From Mobula birostris (taxonomy: Eukaryota), in contig NC_092376.1 of assembly GCF_030028105.1 (NCBI RefSeq), positions 53,740,935 through 53,804,934 of the forward strand: DNA of 64,000 bases, in the 5' to 3' direction. Below the pieces are notes generated by a model. The model did no database searches, was not told the DNA's origin, and saw only the letters and a list, made by a program, of their open reading frames with translations. Positions 36,037 to 47,089 of the stretch are shown here, piece after piece. The translations under genes and the position numbers were made by a program. Numbering within the stretch: the first letter of the stretch is position 1; every line of letters starts with the position of its first letter.

Positions 36037-36750
36037 GGCAGTGTGGTAGCAGTGCAGTTAGTATAATCATAGTTATAGTCATAGTCATAGTCATACTTTA
36101 TTGATCCCGGGGGAAACTAGTTTTCATTACAGTTGCACCGTAAATAATAAATAGTAATAAAACCATAAATAGTTAAATAGTAATAAGTAAATTATGCCAG
36201 GAAATAAGTCCAGGACCAGCCTATTGGCTCTGGGTGTCTGACCCTCCAAGGGAGGAGTTGTAAAGTTTGATGGCCACAGGCAGGAATGACTTCCTATGAC
36301 GCTCTATGTTACATCTCGGTGGAATGAGTCTCTGGCTGAATGTACTCCTGTGCCCAACCAGTACATTATGTAGTGGATGGGAGACATTGTCCAAGATGGC
36401 ATGCAACTTGGACAGCATCCTCTTTTCAGACACCACCGTCAGAGAGTCCAGTTCCAACTCCACAACATCACTGGCCTTACGAATGTGACTGCAACTGGGG
36501 TTTCAATTCCCACCACAGTCTGTAAGGATTTTGTATGTTCTCCCCGTGACCAAGTGGGTTTCCTGCAGTTGCTCTGATTTCCTCCCACAATCCAAACATC
36601 TACAGTTTAGTGAGTTGTGGGCATGCTATATTGGCACCAGACTTCATGGTGACACTGTTGGGCTGTCCCAGACTGTGTTGGTTGTTGACACAAACAACGC
36701 ATTTCACGTTATTTTTTGATGTTACAAATGTGGCAAATAAAGTTAATTGT
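36037..36750 (+). mobile_element. V-SINE interrupted after its A box by a LINE 3' end
   Basis: gggcagtgtggtagcagtgcagttag head at 36037; B box and V-domain resume at ~36495 (ggtttcaattccc...tgtatgttctccccgtgacc). Confidence 0.75.
36068..36485 (-). mobile_element. Young 5'-truncated Rex1/Babar-like LINE 3' end with (ATGACT)n tail
   Basis: ORF ...LHAILDNVSHPLH...RHRKSFLPVAIKLYN; aataaa then the tandem tail (plus strand atagtcatagtcatagtcatactttatt). Confidence 0.8.
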
Positions 36751-37485
36751 TAATTAATTTTTAATCTTCATAATGAAGGGAGGTTGAAGCTGAGGGACAT
36801 CTGAGGGATGGCAGAAGAAAATCTTGGATTGTTCAAACAAATAGCTCGCACAGGCACAGCACGGGTAATCTGACTTTCCTCACCTCAACCAACCATAAAA
36901 TAAGTGGTCTGGATTTAGTGAGAAGTTAAAAACTTTAGAATTTAAACCCAAACCCAACTCTTCCACATCTGGAGTCAGTCAAGATGGGACTTCTGGCTGA
37001 GGCTAATCCATTGAGGCCAGTCAATTAGCAAAATCTGCCAAAAAGCCGATGTGCCTTCAGCCATTTAAAATACTTTTTAATGGGACAATACAGCACAGAG
37101 AGGATAATGAGACAGGGGAGCACACCCTGGGATTTGCAGGCAGAAACGTGCAAGTCCTGGTGGAAGCAACTGAAGAAGGGGGAGTGAGGCAGCCTGACCA
37201 GATTGCTTCAGGGAAGGCCTGGGATTTGGTGTTAAGACAACTATCAGCACACTCTCTCACAGCAAAGGACACAGATCAGTGCCACACAAAAAAGAATCAT
37301 TACTTGACCAGGTAGAGTAAGGTGGCACCTCATGCTTAGAACAATTCTGCTCTTTATATAAAGCAACAAAATAGTGCTACGTTAACACACACATATTCAC
37401 TCATCCTAGTACATATACATATATTCACATGATGCATACCATTCATCTATGCAACATGCAACAACAAGCAGCCATAAACATGCCA

Positions 37486-38064
37486 CCCAGTGGCCACCCA
37501 TTTTAATTCCACTTCCCATTCCCGTTCCAACATGTTAGTCTACAGCCTCTTCTACTGTGGTGATGAGGCCACACACAGGTTGGAGCAGCGACATCTTGTA
37601 TTCTGTGTGGGTAGCCTCCAACCTGAAGGCATGAGCATCGATTTCTCAAGCTTCCAGTAATGCTCCCCCCTCTTCACCATTCCCCATTCCCATTTTCTTC
37701 TCTCAACTGTCCATCAACTCCCTCCAGTGCTTCTCCCCCTTTTTTTCCTCCATGGCCTTCTGTCCTCTCCTATTAGATTCCCCCTTCTCCAGCCCTGTAT
37801 CTCTTTCACCAATCAAATTCCCAACTCTTTATTTCACCGTCCCCACCTCCCAGTTTCACCTATCACCTAGTATTCTTCCTCCCCTCCCCCCCACCTTCTT
37901 ACTCTGACTTCTCATCTTTTTTTACGCCAGTCTTGTTGAAGGGTTTTGGCCCGAAATGTCAACTGTACCCTCTTCCATAGATGCTGCCTTGTATGGTAAG
38001 TTCCTCCAGAAGTTTGTGTGTGTTGTTTGAATTTCCAGCATCTGCAGATTTTCTCTTGTTTGTG
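37486..38064 (+). mobile_element. Penelope-like element 3' part: GIY-YIG C-terminus plus terminal repeat
   Basis: PVATHFNSTSHSRSNMLVYSLFYCGDEATHRLEQRHLVFCVGSLQPEGMSIDF* is the VAxHFN...LxTLxPxGxN signature of PLE endonucleases; degenerate hammerhead at 37928-37965. Confidence 0.88.
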
Positions 38065-38590
38065 ATTGGACAAACATGCTGAGTTTTGTTTTATGGGGCC
38101 AACCTGCCAGGAATCACAGGCTGCCAACTGCCTTGTAAATCAGTGTGTATCCTGAATGGGTGTGGGCCACACAGTTTTTTTTTTGAGCTGCTGTATAGAA
38201 CCAGGTGTGTTTCTATACAATACTCTGACATCCCAAATTCATCTGGTTGGCCTTTCTTCAGCTGATCACATATCTGTTTCTTGCTTATACATAAAAACTC
38301 CCACACTCAAGCTAGCAAATATCTTCGTTTTTTGACCCTGCAGCAGTGACAAACATGGAAAGGCATGTGAGGGATTGAGCTCTTTTACAGGGCAAACACA
38401 GGCATTTGGAAGATGGGCAGCCAGAATTCAGATGTGTGCTCGGTGCTTCTTGATAAGAGGCCCTTGGGATTAGCAGCTTGCATATACAGGAAATGGAGAT
38501 GGTTTGAGTCTGGCCACAGAGCATGTTAGTGCAGCTGTTCTGGCCAAGAAGACACAGATGAGCAACATGAAAGATAAGTACACAATAATT

Positions 38591-38790
38591 ACACACACAA
38601 AATGCTGGAGGAACTCAGCAGGCCAGGCAGCATCTATGGGAAAGAGTAAACAGTCAACGTTTCGGGCTGAGACCCTCCATCAGGACGTTGGCTGTTCACT
38701 CTTTTCCATAGACGCTGCCTGGCCTGCTGAGTTCCTCCAGCATTTGGTGTGTGTTACTTGGATTTCTTGCTTCTGCAGTTTTACTTGTTT
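38591..38790. mobile_element. Penelope-like short fold-back
   Basis: Near-perfect inverted arms atgctggaggaactcagcaggccaggcagcatctatgg; minus-strand hammerhead-like motif at 38651-38686. Confidence 0.88.
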
Positions 38791-39091
38791 TGCTTACACA
38801 GGACTTAGTTGGAGGTGATTCATAACGAGATGCTAAGGGCCATAACCTACCAGCTAGCCACAGCAGGTGGGAACCACACAGAAATACATCCAAATTTTTG
38901 CCACTCCACACTTTGGCAGTTTAAGCCTGACAGGTTATTTATGTAACTTGCTGCCTGCACATGGCCTCCTCTTTGCTGCTTCCAAATAAATGCAGATGGA
39001 GTTAGATCAACAATTAAAACTAAGTTGGAAGCCTCAGTTGCATCCACTGGAGCTCTGCTGGGTGCAATTCATGAACAGGCTTCTGCCCTGC

Positions 39092-39422
39092 AAGCATGGT
39101 CTGTCGTGCAGGAGCAGAGGTGCAGGCTGTGGGCAGCACTGAGGGATTCTGAGGAACGAGCATGGTCTGTCGTTCAGGAGCAGAGGTGCAGGCTGTGGGC
39201 AGCACTGAAGGATTCTGAGGAACGAGCATGGTCTGTCGTTCAAGAGCAGAGGTGCAGGCTGTGGGCAGCACTGAGGGATTCTGAGGAATGAGCATGGTCT
39301 GTCGTTCAGGAGCAGAGATGCAGGCTGTGGGCAGCACTGTCTGAGGGGTTCTGAGAAACGAGCATGGTCTGTTGTGCAGGAGCAGAGGTGCAGGCTGTGG
39401 GCAGCACCGTCTGAGGGATTCT
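39092..39422. repeat. Minisatellite, 66-bp unit, about 5 copies
   Basis: Unit gagcatggtctgtcgttcaggagcagaggtgcaggctgtgggcagcactgagggattctgaggaac at 39092, 39158, 39224, 39290, 39360; the last two copies carry a 4-bp insertion. Confidence 0.95.
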
Positions 39423-41049
39423 ATAGTTCAGCACATAACTGCACAACAACTGTATGGCTTGCAGATGTTTACAGCCATGATAAACTGAAAATAACTGAGT
39501 GCTCACCTCCTTCAGGATCTAGCATTTCTCTTTCCCATACTAGTTTTCACATGCACCCTGCAGTTTACACTCCCAAACTGCGGTGAAATACGACAGGCTG
39601 AACAGAGCTGTTTGTGGATCTCTTTTTGACTATCTGATGTTGAAACAGATCAGACTTCCACGGTATGTCACAAGGAGGGTCTACTATAGTGGGTCACAGA
39701 ACCACAGGAGAGGAGAAATTGGTAATGAACCAGGATTAGAATGTGGAAATCCAGTCACTTTAAGAGAAGTCGTCATTAGGTGCATCCATTTGAATGAAAC
39801 AAGCAGCAAAGAAGTGACGTTTCCGCACACTGACTATGAATCTCATACACCTGTATTTCACTGGTGATTGTTTCAGAATAACATTGGAGAATCCAGCCGG
39901 ATCTCACAGCTCTTGTCCTGTCCTTTCTGAATACCTGAGTGATGCTTTATCAAATTCCACTTACATTTCTATTGCATCATCTGACAAAGCTGCTAATACA
40001 ACTTGCAATGTTATTTCACAGCGAGCTTTCACTCTTAGTTTCACTTTTGTGATAACATGTAATGTCTTAAATGTTCTTTGGAGTAAAATCAGATCATTGA
40101 TAATGATTATAAAGGAGCAGGTGGCACTGAAGCATATTCATTTACAGTATTTAATACATTACAATAGAAGGCAGCCTGTGAGACCTAATGACATTACCAG
40201 TGTCAGAGCTCGCATCACCTCAAGGCAAAATGACTTATCATGACAAAGTAAAATCCCCAAACCTCAGGAATTCACAGCTTGCAGAGTAGGGCTTGCAAAT
40301 TCATTACAAGAAAGATGTCTGCATTGTGACTGAGAGTTTAGATTTTTACAGTGGTGGCTTTGAGATGATATTTGAATAAAGCAGCTGTGGTTGGCACGTT
40401 AAATTCTAGAAGTTGAGAAAACATTTGGTTGAATTCTTCTAGGTGGCAACATACCTGCACAAGATAAGTTTTAATGCCAGAGTCAATGCTAAAGTTTACT
40501 GTTCCCGTTAAATCAATTGAAAGATATAACTGAGAATCAAGATATTTTATTCTCCCTGTATTGGACTTTCTTACGGGGTGAGGTCTGAGGTTTTTTAGTG
40601 TGGTGCACCTCTGCTGTGTATGTTTACTTTTGCCTTTATGTTTTTCTCCCTTTTGCTGCTCGATATTTAATTTGATTTTGTTATGGTTGTGGTTTTTGTG
40701 GATGTGCTGTATTTTTTTGTTTGTTTGTTAGTAATAAAAAATAAAAAGAATATTAAAAAATATATTTTATTCTTTTCCAGATATTGATAATCTGAAAATA
40801 ACAGTGCCCAGAGTTTCTGAAGGTAGTCCTATTAGGACCTACAGTATGTCTATTAAATTTTGGATGGGAGCTTTAGGAAGGTTCATGACAATGGGCTAGG
40901 AGAACTGGAGGCCTATTAGCTATTGTCTTGCAGCCCTAAAGACTCTCTACTTATCTGTCTTCGCAAGCTGCCCTCTTCCCCATCAGTAACTGAGAGGGTT
41001 ATGTGACTACAAACACATCATTTTCTCTGCTCCAATATTGATGCCATAG

Positions 41050-41352
41050 AGATGAAGAAAAAATGAAACAGATCCTTTGGTCCACCATGTCTGAAGTGAC
41101 CATAAAACACTTATCTACATTAATTCCATCTACAGTTTAACATATGCAACACCCTCTAAACCACACCCCCCCCCCAATTCTCCAGCAGGTACCTACCACC
41201 AACCAGTCTGCCTTTAGTATGAGAGGAAATGGGGATATTTACGGGATTCGCAAGAAAACAGGGAAAACGTGCAGACTCAACACAGGTAACATCCAGGCTT
41301 CTGGAAATGAAATGAAATGCAGCAGCACTAATCACTAATACTGTGCCATCCC
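41050..41352 (-). mobile_element. Degenerate V-SINE
   Basis: cagggaaaacgtgcagactcaacaca is the reverse of the V-domain; ends actgtgccatccc (reverse of the tRNA head). Confidence 0.6.
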
Positions 41353-42491
41353 AAGCTTAATGTATGCTTTCTGCCTTTTTTCTACTTCGCAATATCTGTT
41401 CTTCTTTCAATTCATCCAATGCTGAAACCCTTCTACACTTTGCAATTTTTACACATAACCTTCCTAGGTTTCTTTGGCTGGTTGGCCATCCGACATGTGA
41501 AATAGACTTGTATTTAGCTGAAACTCTGCTGCCTGTATTCTAATATATATCATCTTCTACCTTCCCATGATCGTCTTGGCATTTGATTGAGCAATGCCAT
41601 GATTTTGAAATGTTATCCTCCTCTTAAAATCCTTTCACACCTTTGTACTCTCTATCTCTGTAACTTTTAACTCCATAACCTTTTGAAATCGGTGCATTTC
41701 TCTAGTTCTGACTTCTCTTGCCTCCCTGATTTTAATCACTCTCCATTGGCAGTGTCTGGGTCAACTACTGCCAATAGTCTGCAATCAGAAATTCCTTCCC
41801 TAAAGCTTTTGACTAGCTTTCCTCCTTTAACATCCAATTGGAAGCTTCTCTCTAATGACTGACCGAGGAGAAACCAGGAGGGAATTTTGAGGGACATGCT
41901 GCACCTTTATAGAACGTAGAACAGTAAAGCACAGGAACAGGCGCCTCAGCCCACAGTGTTCTGCCAAATCAAATAAATTAGTAATCAAATAGCTAACCAA
42001 ACTAATCCCTTATGCCTACACAATGTTCATATCCCTCCATTTTCCTCACATCCATGTGCCTATCTAAACGTATTTTAAAAGTCCCTGATGTATTTGCCTT
42101 CACCACCACCCCAGGCAGCGCATTCCAGGTAGCTACCACTCTCTGTGTAAAAAAAACTTGCCTCTCACACCTCCTTTAAAATTACTCACCTCACCTTAAA
42201 AGCATGCCCTCTGGTATTAGACATTTTAACCCTGGGAAAAAGGATGCAGCCTGACTACTCTTTTTCTGCTTCTCATAATCTTATAAACCTTTATCAGATC
42301 TCCCTTTAGCCTCCGCAGCTCCAGGGAAAACAACCCAAGTTTGTCCAACCTCTTGGTTTTGCACATGCCCTCTAATCCAGGCAGCCTCTCCAAAACCTCG
42401 ACATCCTTCCTATAATGGAGTGACCAGAACTGTTTGCAACACTCCAGGTGCAGCCTAACAGGAGTTTTATAAAGCTGCAACATATCTTCCT

Positions 42492-42737
42492 TGTTATGTT
42501 TTGTAACATCAAAACATTAAACTAATTCAAAGGAAGGCATGGGAGTCTGAAATGTGGGTATAGCTTCGTGTTTACTTTGAGCGAGATGTGAGCATATCAC
42601 GTGGTAGTGTGATGACGGATAAAATTCACGTGTTTATACATATAAACTGTAATTTCATTATTTAAATGAAGAATGCTTATTCAAATAATATATTAACAAG
42701 ATTATTCAAATATTACTGAAATATTAAATACACAACA
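42492..42737 (-). mobile_element. Solo LTR of the Gypsy/Mag-like family with 5-bp TSD
   Basis: ttcct|tgttatgttttg...aaatacacaaca|ttcct; reverse complement of the LTR at 15436. Confidence 0.92.
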
Positions 42738-44261
42738 TTCCTGACATTTGAACTCAATGCCTCAATTAATAAAGGCAAGCATGTCATATACCTTCTAACC
42801 ACCCTATCAACCTGTGAAGCCACTTTCAGGGAGCTATGAATTTGGATCCCAAGATCTCTCTGCTCAACAACACTGTGGACGGTCTTTACATTTGACCCTC
42901 CAAGGTGCAACACTTCACATTTGGCCAGCTTAAACTTTTTCTGCCATTCCTCTGCCCATATCTGCAACTAACTGATCTATATCCCACTGTATTCTTCGTC
43001 AGTCTTCTAAGCTATCCACAAAACCAATCTTCATATGATCAGCAAATTTACTAACCTACCCATCTACATTTTCATCCAGGTCATTTATATACATCACAAA
43101 CAGCAGAGGTCCCTGCAGAACACCACTAATCACAAACTTCCAGTTAGAATAAGTCCCTTCAACAACGACCCTCTGTTTCCTATGGGCAAGGCAGTTCTGA
43201 ATCCAAATGGCCAATTCACCATTGATGACATGCATCTTAATCTTCTGGATGAAGCTCTCATGAAGGATCTTGCAGAGAATATCCATATGAATCACACTTT
43301 ACCTTCATCAATCACCCTTGTCACCTCATCAAAAAACTCAATCAAGTTAGTAAGACACAAGTTGCCCCACGCAAAACCTTGAATGTCTCTCTCTAATTAG
43401 GCCCATGGTTTTCAAAATGATCATAAATCCTATCCCTAAGCATTTTCTCCATAACTTTCCTACTGTCTCACTGGTCTAGTTTCAAGAATTATTCCTCATT
43501 CCCTTCTTGAGCAATGGAACAACATTAGCTACTCGTCAGTCTGCTGGGACATCACCTGTTGCTAGACATGAGACACAAAGATATTGGTCTAGGCCCCAGC
43601 AATCTCTTCACTGCTTCTCTGAATAACCTGGCTTATGACCCATGAGACCTTGGGGATTTATCCACTTTAATGCTCTTTAAGAGACCCAACACCACCCCCT
43701 CCTTTACTTTGAAATGCCCTGACATATTAATACTCTTGGCACTAACTCCCTGTCCGCCACGACTTTCTCCTTGGTAAATACAGGTGGAAAGTTCTCATTA
43801 AGGATCTCACCTACATCCCTCGCGTCCAAGAAAATGCTTGCCGCTTTATCATTGAGTGGTCCCACCCTCTCCCTATTTGTCCTCTTGCTCCTGATGTGTG
43901 TATAGAATTGTCCTGGGATTCTCTTTAATCCTACTTGCCAAGGGCTCTCCTGAATTTCCTAATTCCCTTTTTGAGTTCTTTCTGGCTTCTTTACAATCCT
44001 CCGGGGCTCTGTTTGATTCTAGCTTCCTAAGCTTTACATGTTTTTTCTTTTTCTTTTTGACTAAATTCATCAACTCACTCGACATCCAAAGTTCTCTTAC
44101 CTTGCTGTCCTTATTCTTCCTTCTGACTAGAACATACCTGTTCTGCACTCTGTGTCGTTGGTCTGTAAATACCCTCCACATGTCAGATGTGGACTTGCTA
44201 AAAAACAGCTCTTCTCAGTTAACTCTCCCCAGTTCCTGACTAGTGCTCTTGTAATTTGCCC

Positions 44262-44672
44262 TGTTGGAAAGACAGGGTGGCAAGGGCTGGGCCGATATTG
44301 CTCACTCGCCCACGATGTTTACTCCTTTCTCCACAACGCTGAAGTTGTGGGACTGCCCCTGGCTGCTGTGCTTCGTGTCTGTGAACTTCGTGGCGATTTG
44401 TCCCCCTAACATGATGAACTGAATACCGAGGCTTTGGACCTATACTGGGCTGATCTGGGGATTTAGCTCCAAGGACTCAATTTGGTTCAGAATGCTGTTA
44501 TTGTTGCTTGCTTCTATTGTTTGCGTGATTTGTGTTTTTTTCCCTCTTTGTGCACATTGGGGTTTGGTCTTTATTTTGTTTTAATTGGACTCTTTGGGGT
44601 TTCTTGCTTTGTAGCTGCCTGTAAGCAGACAAATCTCAAGGTTGTATAATTTACAAAATAAATGTACTTACT
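44262..44672 (+). repeat. Non-autonomous LINE-like repeat inserted in CR1
   Basis: Ends gctgcctgtaagcagacaaatctcaaggttgtata...aataaatgtacttactta, similar to the LINE tail at 62100-62180. Confidence 0.55.
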
Positions 44673-46148
44673 TACTCCAATTTGATACTCTCCCCCAAGG
44701 TCCGTGCTTATCCTTATCTATAGTTAAAACTTAAGGAGTTGCGGTCACTGTTCCCAAACTGCTCAACTACTAAAAGGTTGGTCATCTGCCCAGGCTTATT
44801 ATCTAACTTAAATTCCAGTAAAGCCCCTCCTCTTGTTGGACTGTTCTGCCCTAACTAAACTAATTGCACTAGGAATGTCCCAGTTTATAATTAGGGAAGT
44901 TGAAGTCCCTCAAGACAACATCCCTATTTTTTAACACCTTTCCTTAATCTGCCTGCATATCTGTTCCTCCCGGTGGCTAATTGTGGGAGGGGGGGTGTTG
45001 TAGTACAATTCCATCAGAGTGATTGCACCCTTCCTATTTTTGAGTTCCACCCATACAGCCTCTATGGGTGAGCCTTTCACTGTGTCCCCTATGAGTGCAG
45101 CTGTGATATTGTCCCTGATCAGTAGTGCAACTCCACCAACCCTTCCAAACTTTTACCTTCCTCTCTAACTTTTCTAAAACATCAAAACCCTGGGACATTA
45201 AGCACCCATTTATCTCCCTCTCTCAACCAAGTCGTTATAACAACCACCACAACATGGCTCCGTGTACTGATCCATGCTCTAAGTTCACCATCTTTACCCA
45301 TAATAATCCCACTATTTAAATACACGCACTTCAAACTATCCATCTCATTGTATCTGTTACTTTGCTCCTGCCTGTTTTTGATGACCCTGACATCTATCCT
45401 CCTCTCCATCCCTCCACTGTCAGACACAATGTTCTGGTTTGCATACTCCTACCAAACTCGTTTAAACCAGCATCTGCACATTTTCTTGTCTTTAAACCCT
45501 TCTGCGTAGCACTAGTGAACCTCCTGGCCAGGATATTGGTTCTCCTCCAGTTTAGGTGCAACCAATCCCTCTTTTACAGGTCATCCCTGCCCCAGAAGGG
45601 GGTCCAAGAACCTGAAATCCTGCCCCCTGCACCAGTTCATTCATCTGTATTGTTATCCTATTCCTGTCCTGACTAGCACTAGCATGTGACACTGGGAGTA
45701 ATCTGGAGATTACTACCATAGAGGTCTTACTCTTCAGCTTCTTTCCTAACTCCCTATACACTCTGTGCAGACCTTCTTCCACTTCTCTACATATCCTGCA
45801 TACATATCCTTCTCTACATATCTAGACATCCTGCTTCGGGTTTGATTCGAAGAAGGAGTCTGAGAGTCTGAGTGGGAGTGCCGAGAAAGACATTTTTGAA
45901 ATTTTCGTTATTTTTTTTCTCCAACGGCGTTCTGAGAGGCGGGACTGCGCAGGTGTGACGTCGGGCTGTGCAGTGCGGCAGATTTAAAAGGAACAGAGCC
46001 TCATAGAGCGGGCAGCGTAGTTTGCGGGCTGCGGAGTGAGCCGGGAGCAGAGTGAAGACTTAAGGGCTTCGGCTCAACGGGCTTAGGCGGAAACAGGCGA
46101 GGAAGGTTTGGCATTCATTTTCTGTTGTTATTTGAGGAGAGGGGCAGT

Positions 46149-47084
46149 ATGAGTGTGAGGGCAGTTTGCTGTTCTCGGTGTCGGATGTGGGAGGCCCTGG
46201 AGTCTCCAAGCCTCCCGGACGTCTACATCTGCGCCAAGTGCATCGAGATGCAGCTCCTAAGGGACCGCGTTAGGGAACTGGAGCTACAGCTCGATGACCT
46301 TCGTCTGGTCAGGGAGAGTGAGGGGGTGATAGAGAGGAGTTGCAGGCAGGTGGTCACGCCGGGGCCACGGGAGGCAGACAAGTGGGTCACGGTTAGGAGG
46401 GGGAAGGGAAAAAGTCAGGTAATAGAGAGTACCCCGGTGACTGTGCCCCTTAACAACAGGTACTCCTGTTTGAGTACTGTTGGGGGGGACAGCTTACACA
46501 GGGGAAGCGACAGTGGCCGTGCCTCCGGCACAGAGTCTGGCCCTGTAGCTCAGAAGGGTAGGGCAAGGAAGAGGAGGGCAGTTGTGATAGGGGACTCGAT
46601 AGTAAGAGGGTCAGATAGGCGATTCTGTGGACGTAGTCCAGAGACCCGGATGGTAGTTTGCCTCCCTGGTGCCAGGGTCCGGGATATTTCTGATCGTGTC
46701 CAAGATATCCTGAAGTGGGAGGGTGAGGAGCCAGAGGTCGTGGTACATATAGGTACCAATGACATAGGTAGGAAAAGGGATGAGGTCCTGAAAGGAGAAT
46801 ATAGGGAGCTAGGAAGGGAGTTGAGAAAAAGGACCGCAAAGGTAGTAATCTCGGGATTACTGCCTGTGCCACGCGACAGGGAGAGTAGGAGTGCGATGAG
46901 GTGGAGGATAAATGCGTGGCTGAGGGATTGGAGCAGGGGGCAGGGATTCAAGTTTTTGGATCATTGGGACCTCTTTTGGCGCAGGCGTGACCTGTACAAA
47001 AAGGACGGGTTACACTTGAATCCTAGGGGGACCAATATCCTGGCAGGGAGATTAGCGGGGGCTACTGAGGTGACTTTAAACTAG
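46149..47084 (+). CDS. CR1 ORF1 protein: zinc finger, coiled coil and SGNH/GDSL esterase domain (intact frame)
   Basis: CSRC...CAKC; LRDRVRELELQLDDL; VIGDSIVR, HIGTND, DGLHLN esterase blocks; ATG at 46149. Confidence 0.9.
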   Translation: MSVRAVCCSRCRMWEALESPSLPDVYICAKCIEMQLLRDRVRELELQLDDLRLVRESEGVIERSCRQVVTPGPREADKWVTVRRGKGKSQVIESTPVTVPLNNRYSCLSTVGGDSLHRGSDSGRASGTESGPVAQKGRARKRRAVVIGDSIVRGSDRRFCGRSPETRMVVCLPGARVRDISDRVQDILKWEGEEPEVVVHIGTNDIGRKRDEVLKGEYRELGRELRKRTAKVVISGLLPVPRDRESRSAMRWRINAWLRDWSRGQGFKFLDHWDLFWRRRDLYKKDGLHLNPRGTNILAGRLAGATEVTLN

Positions 47085-47089
47085 AATGG

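Noticed and set aside
39092-39422. CRISPR-like appearance of regularly spaced repeats (also 62483-62660 and 60971-61072)
   Set aside because: Units are head-to-tail with no unique spacers, there are no cas genes, and the context is a vertebrate intron.
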